Shown here piece after piece: positions 63,431 through 64,000 of a DNA stretch of 64,000 nt. The stretch is from Octopus bimaculoides (Eukaryota). Position 1 is the first letter of the stretch; the number at the start of each line of letters is the position of its first letter. The notes beneath the pieces are model-generated. The model was not told the origin of the DNA, ran no database searches, and worked only from the letters and a program-made list of their open reading frames with translations. The stretch covers positions 17,239,831-17,303,830 of the forward strand of contig NC_068985.1 of assembly GCF_001194135.2 (NCBI RefSeq), read 5' to 3'. The translations under genes and the position numbers were made by a program.

Positions 63431-64000
63431 AGCATCGCCTTACTGACACTTGAGCCGGTGGCACGTGAAAAAGCATTTGAGCAAGGTTGTTGCCAGTGCC
63501 ACTGGACTGGCTCCTGTGCACACATATATATAGGCATCTATGTATCATACTTAAAGTAAATATATCTTTAAAAGGCAAATTTAACACTAAATTTGACTTT
63601 CAAGGATGTATTTATTATATTGAGTATAATATATAGAGGGCTATTTTAATTTAATATTGTTTCAATTGCCTATAATGGATATACAAACACAAACATATGA
63701 TCTTATTTGCGTCTTGTTTTTCCAAACAAAGATGAATGCTACAGAGGCAGGGTTTTACAGCCATGTGCTTACATATATATCTGTTATCTTTTACTTGTTT
63801 CACTCATTTGACAACGGATATGCTGGTGCACTGCCATAAAGGATTTTAGCCAAACAAATTGACCCCAGAACTTTTTTAAGTTTAGTACTTAGTCAATCAG
63901 TGCCTTTTGCCAAACTACTAAGCTATGGGGATGTAAACATACCAACACCAGTTGTCAAGCAGTGGTGGGGACAAACACAGACACATACATGCAGATATAT

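Overview
AT-rich animal genomic DNA from a gapped draft assembly, with N-runs at about 1980-2202, 3277-3559, 15591-15802, 18904-19158, 26823-27514 and 46346-46355. The microsatellite load and SINE repertoire suggest an octopus or other coleoid cephalopod (inference, not verified). Only one protein-coding gene is supportable: a minus-strand MARCHF1/8-type RING-CH membrane E3 ligase. Two coding exons are clear (20965-20690, RING-CH; 10587-10213, two TM helices plus stop); its 5' exons could not be assigned. The rest is intron or intergenic DNA packed with at least six SINE-like families and decayed autonomous elements: RTE, CR1 and R4/Dong-like LINEs, Penelope GIY-YIG, two Tc1/mariner transposases, a Helitron and a Chapaev3/Transib-like transposase. 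The most unusual signals are (1) several minimal type-I hammerhead-ribozyme motifs, one inside a tRNA-headed SINE that inserted as an inverted dimer with a 12-bp target duplication; (2) a 589-bp MITE with perfect 37-bp TIRs, an 8-bp TSD and a central outward-facing (CCCTAA)n/(TTAGGG)n palindrome; and (3) long intronic hairpins and inverted SINE pairs around the in-frame RING exon. All alignments were done by eye; SINE family letters A-H are my own labels, and repeat boundaries are approximate unless a TSD or TIR is quoted.
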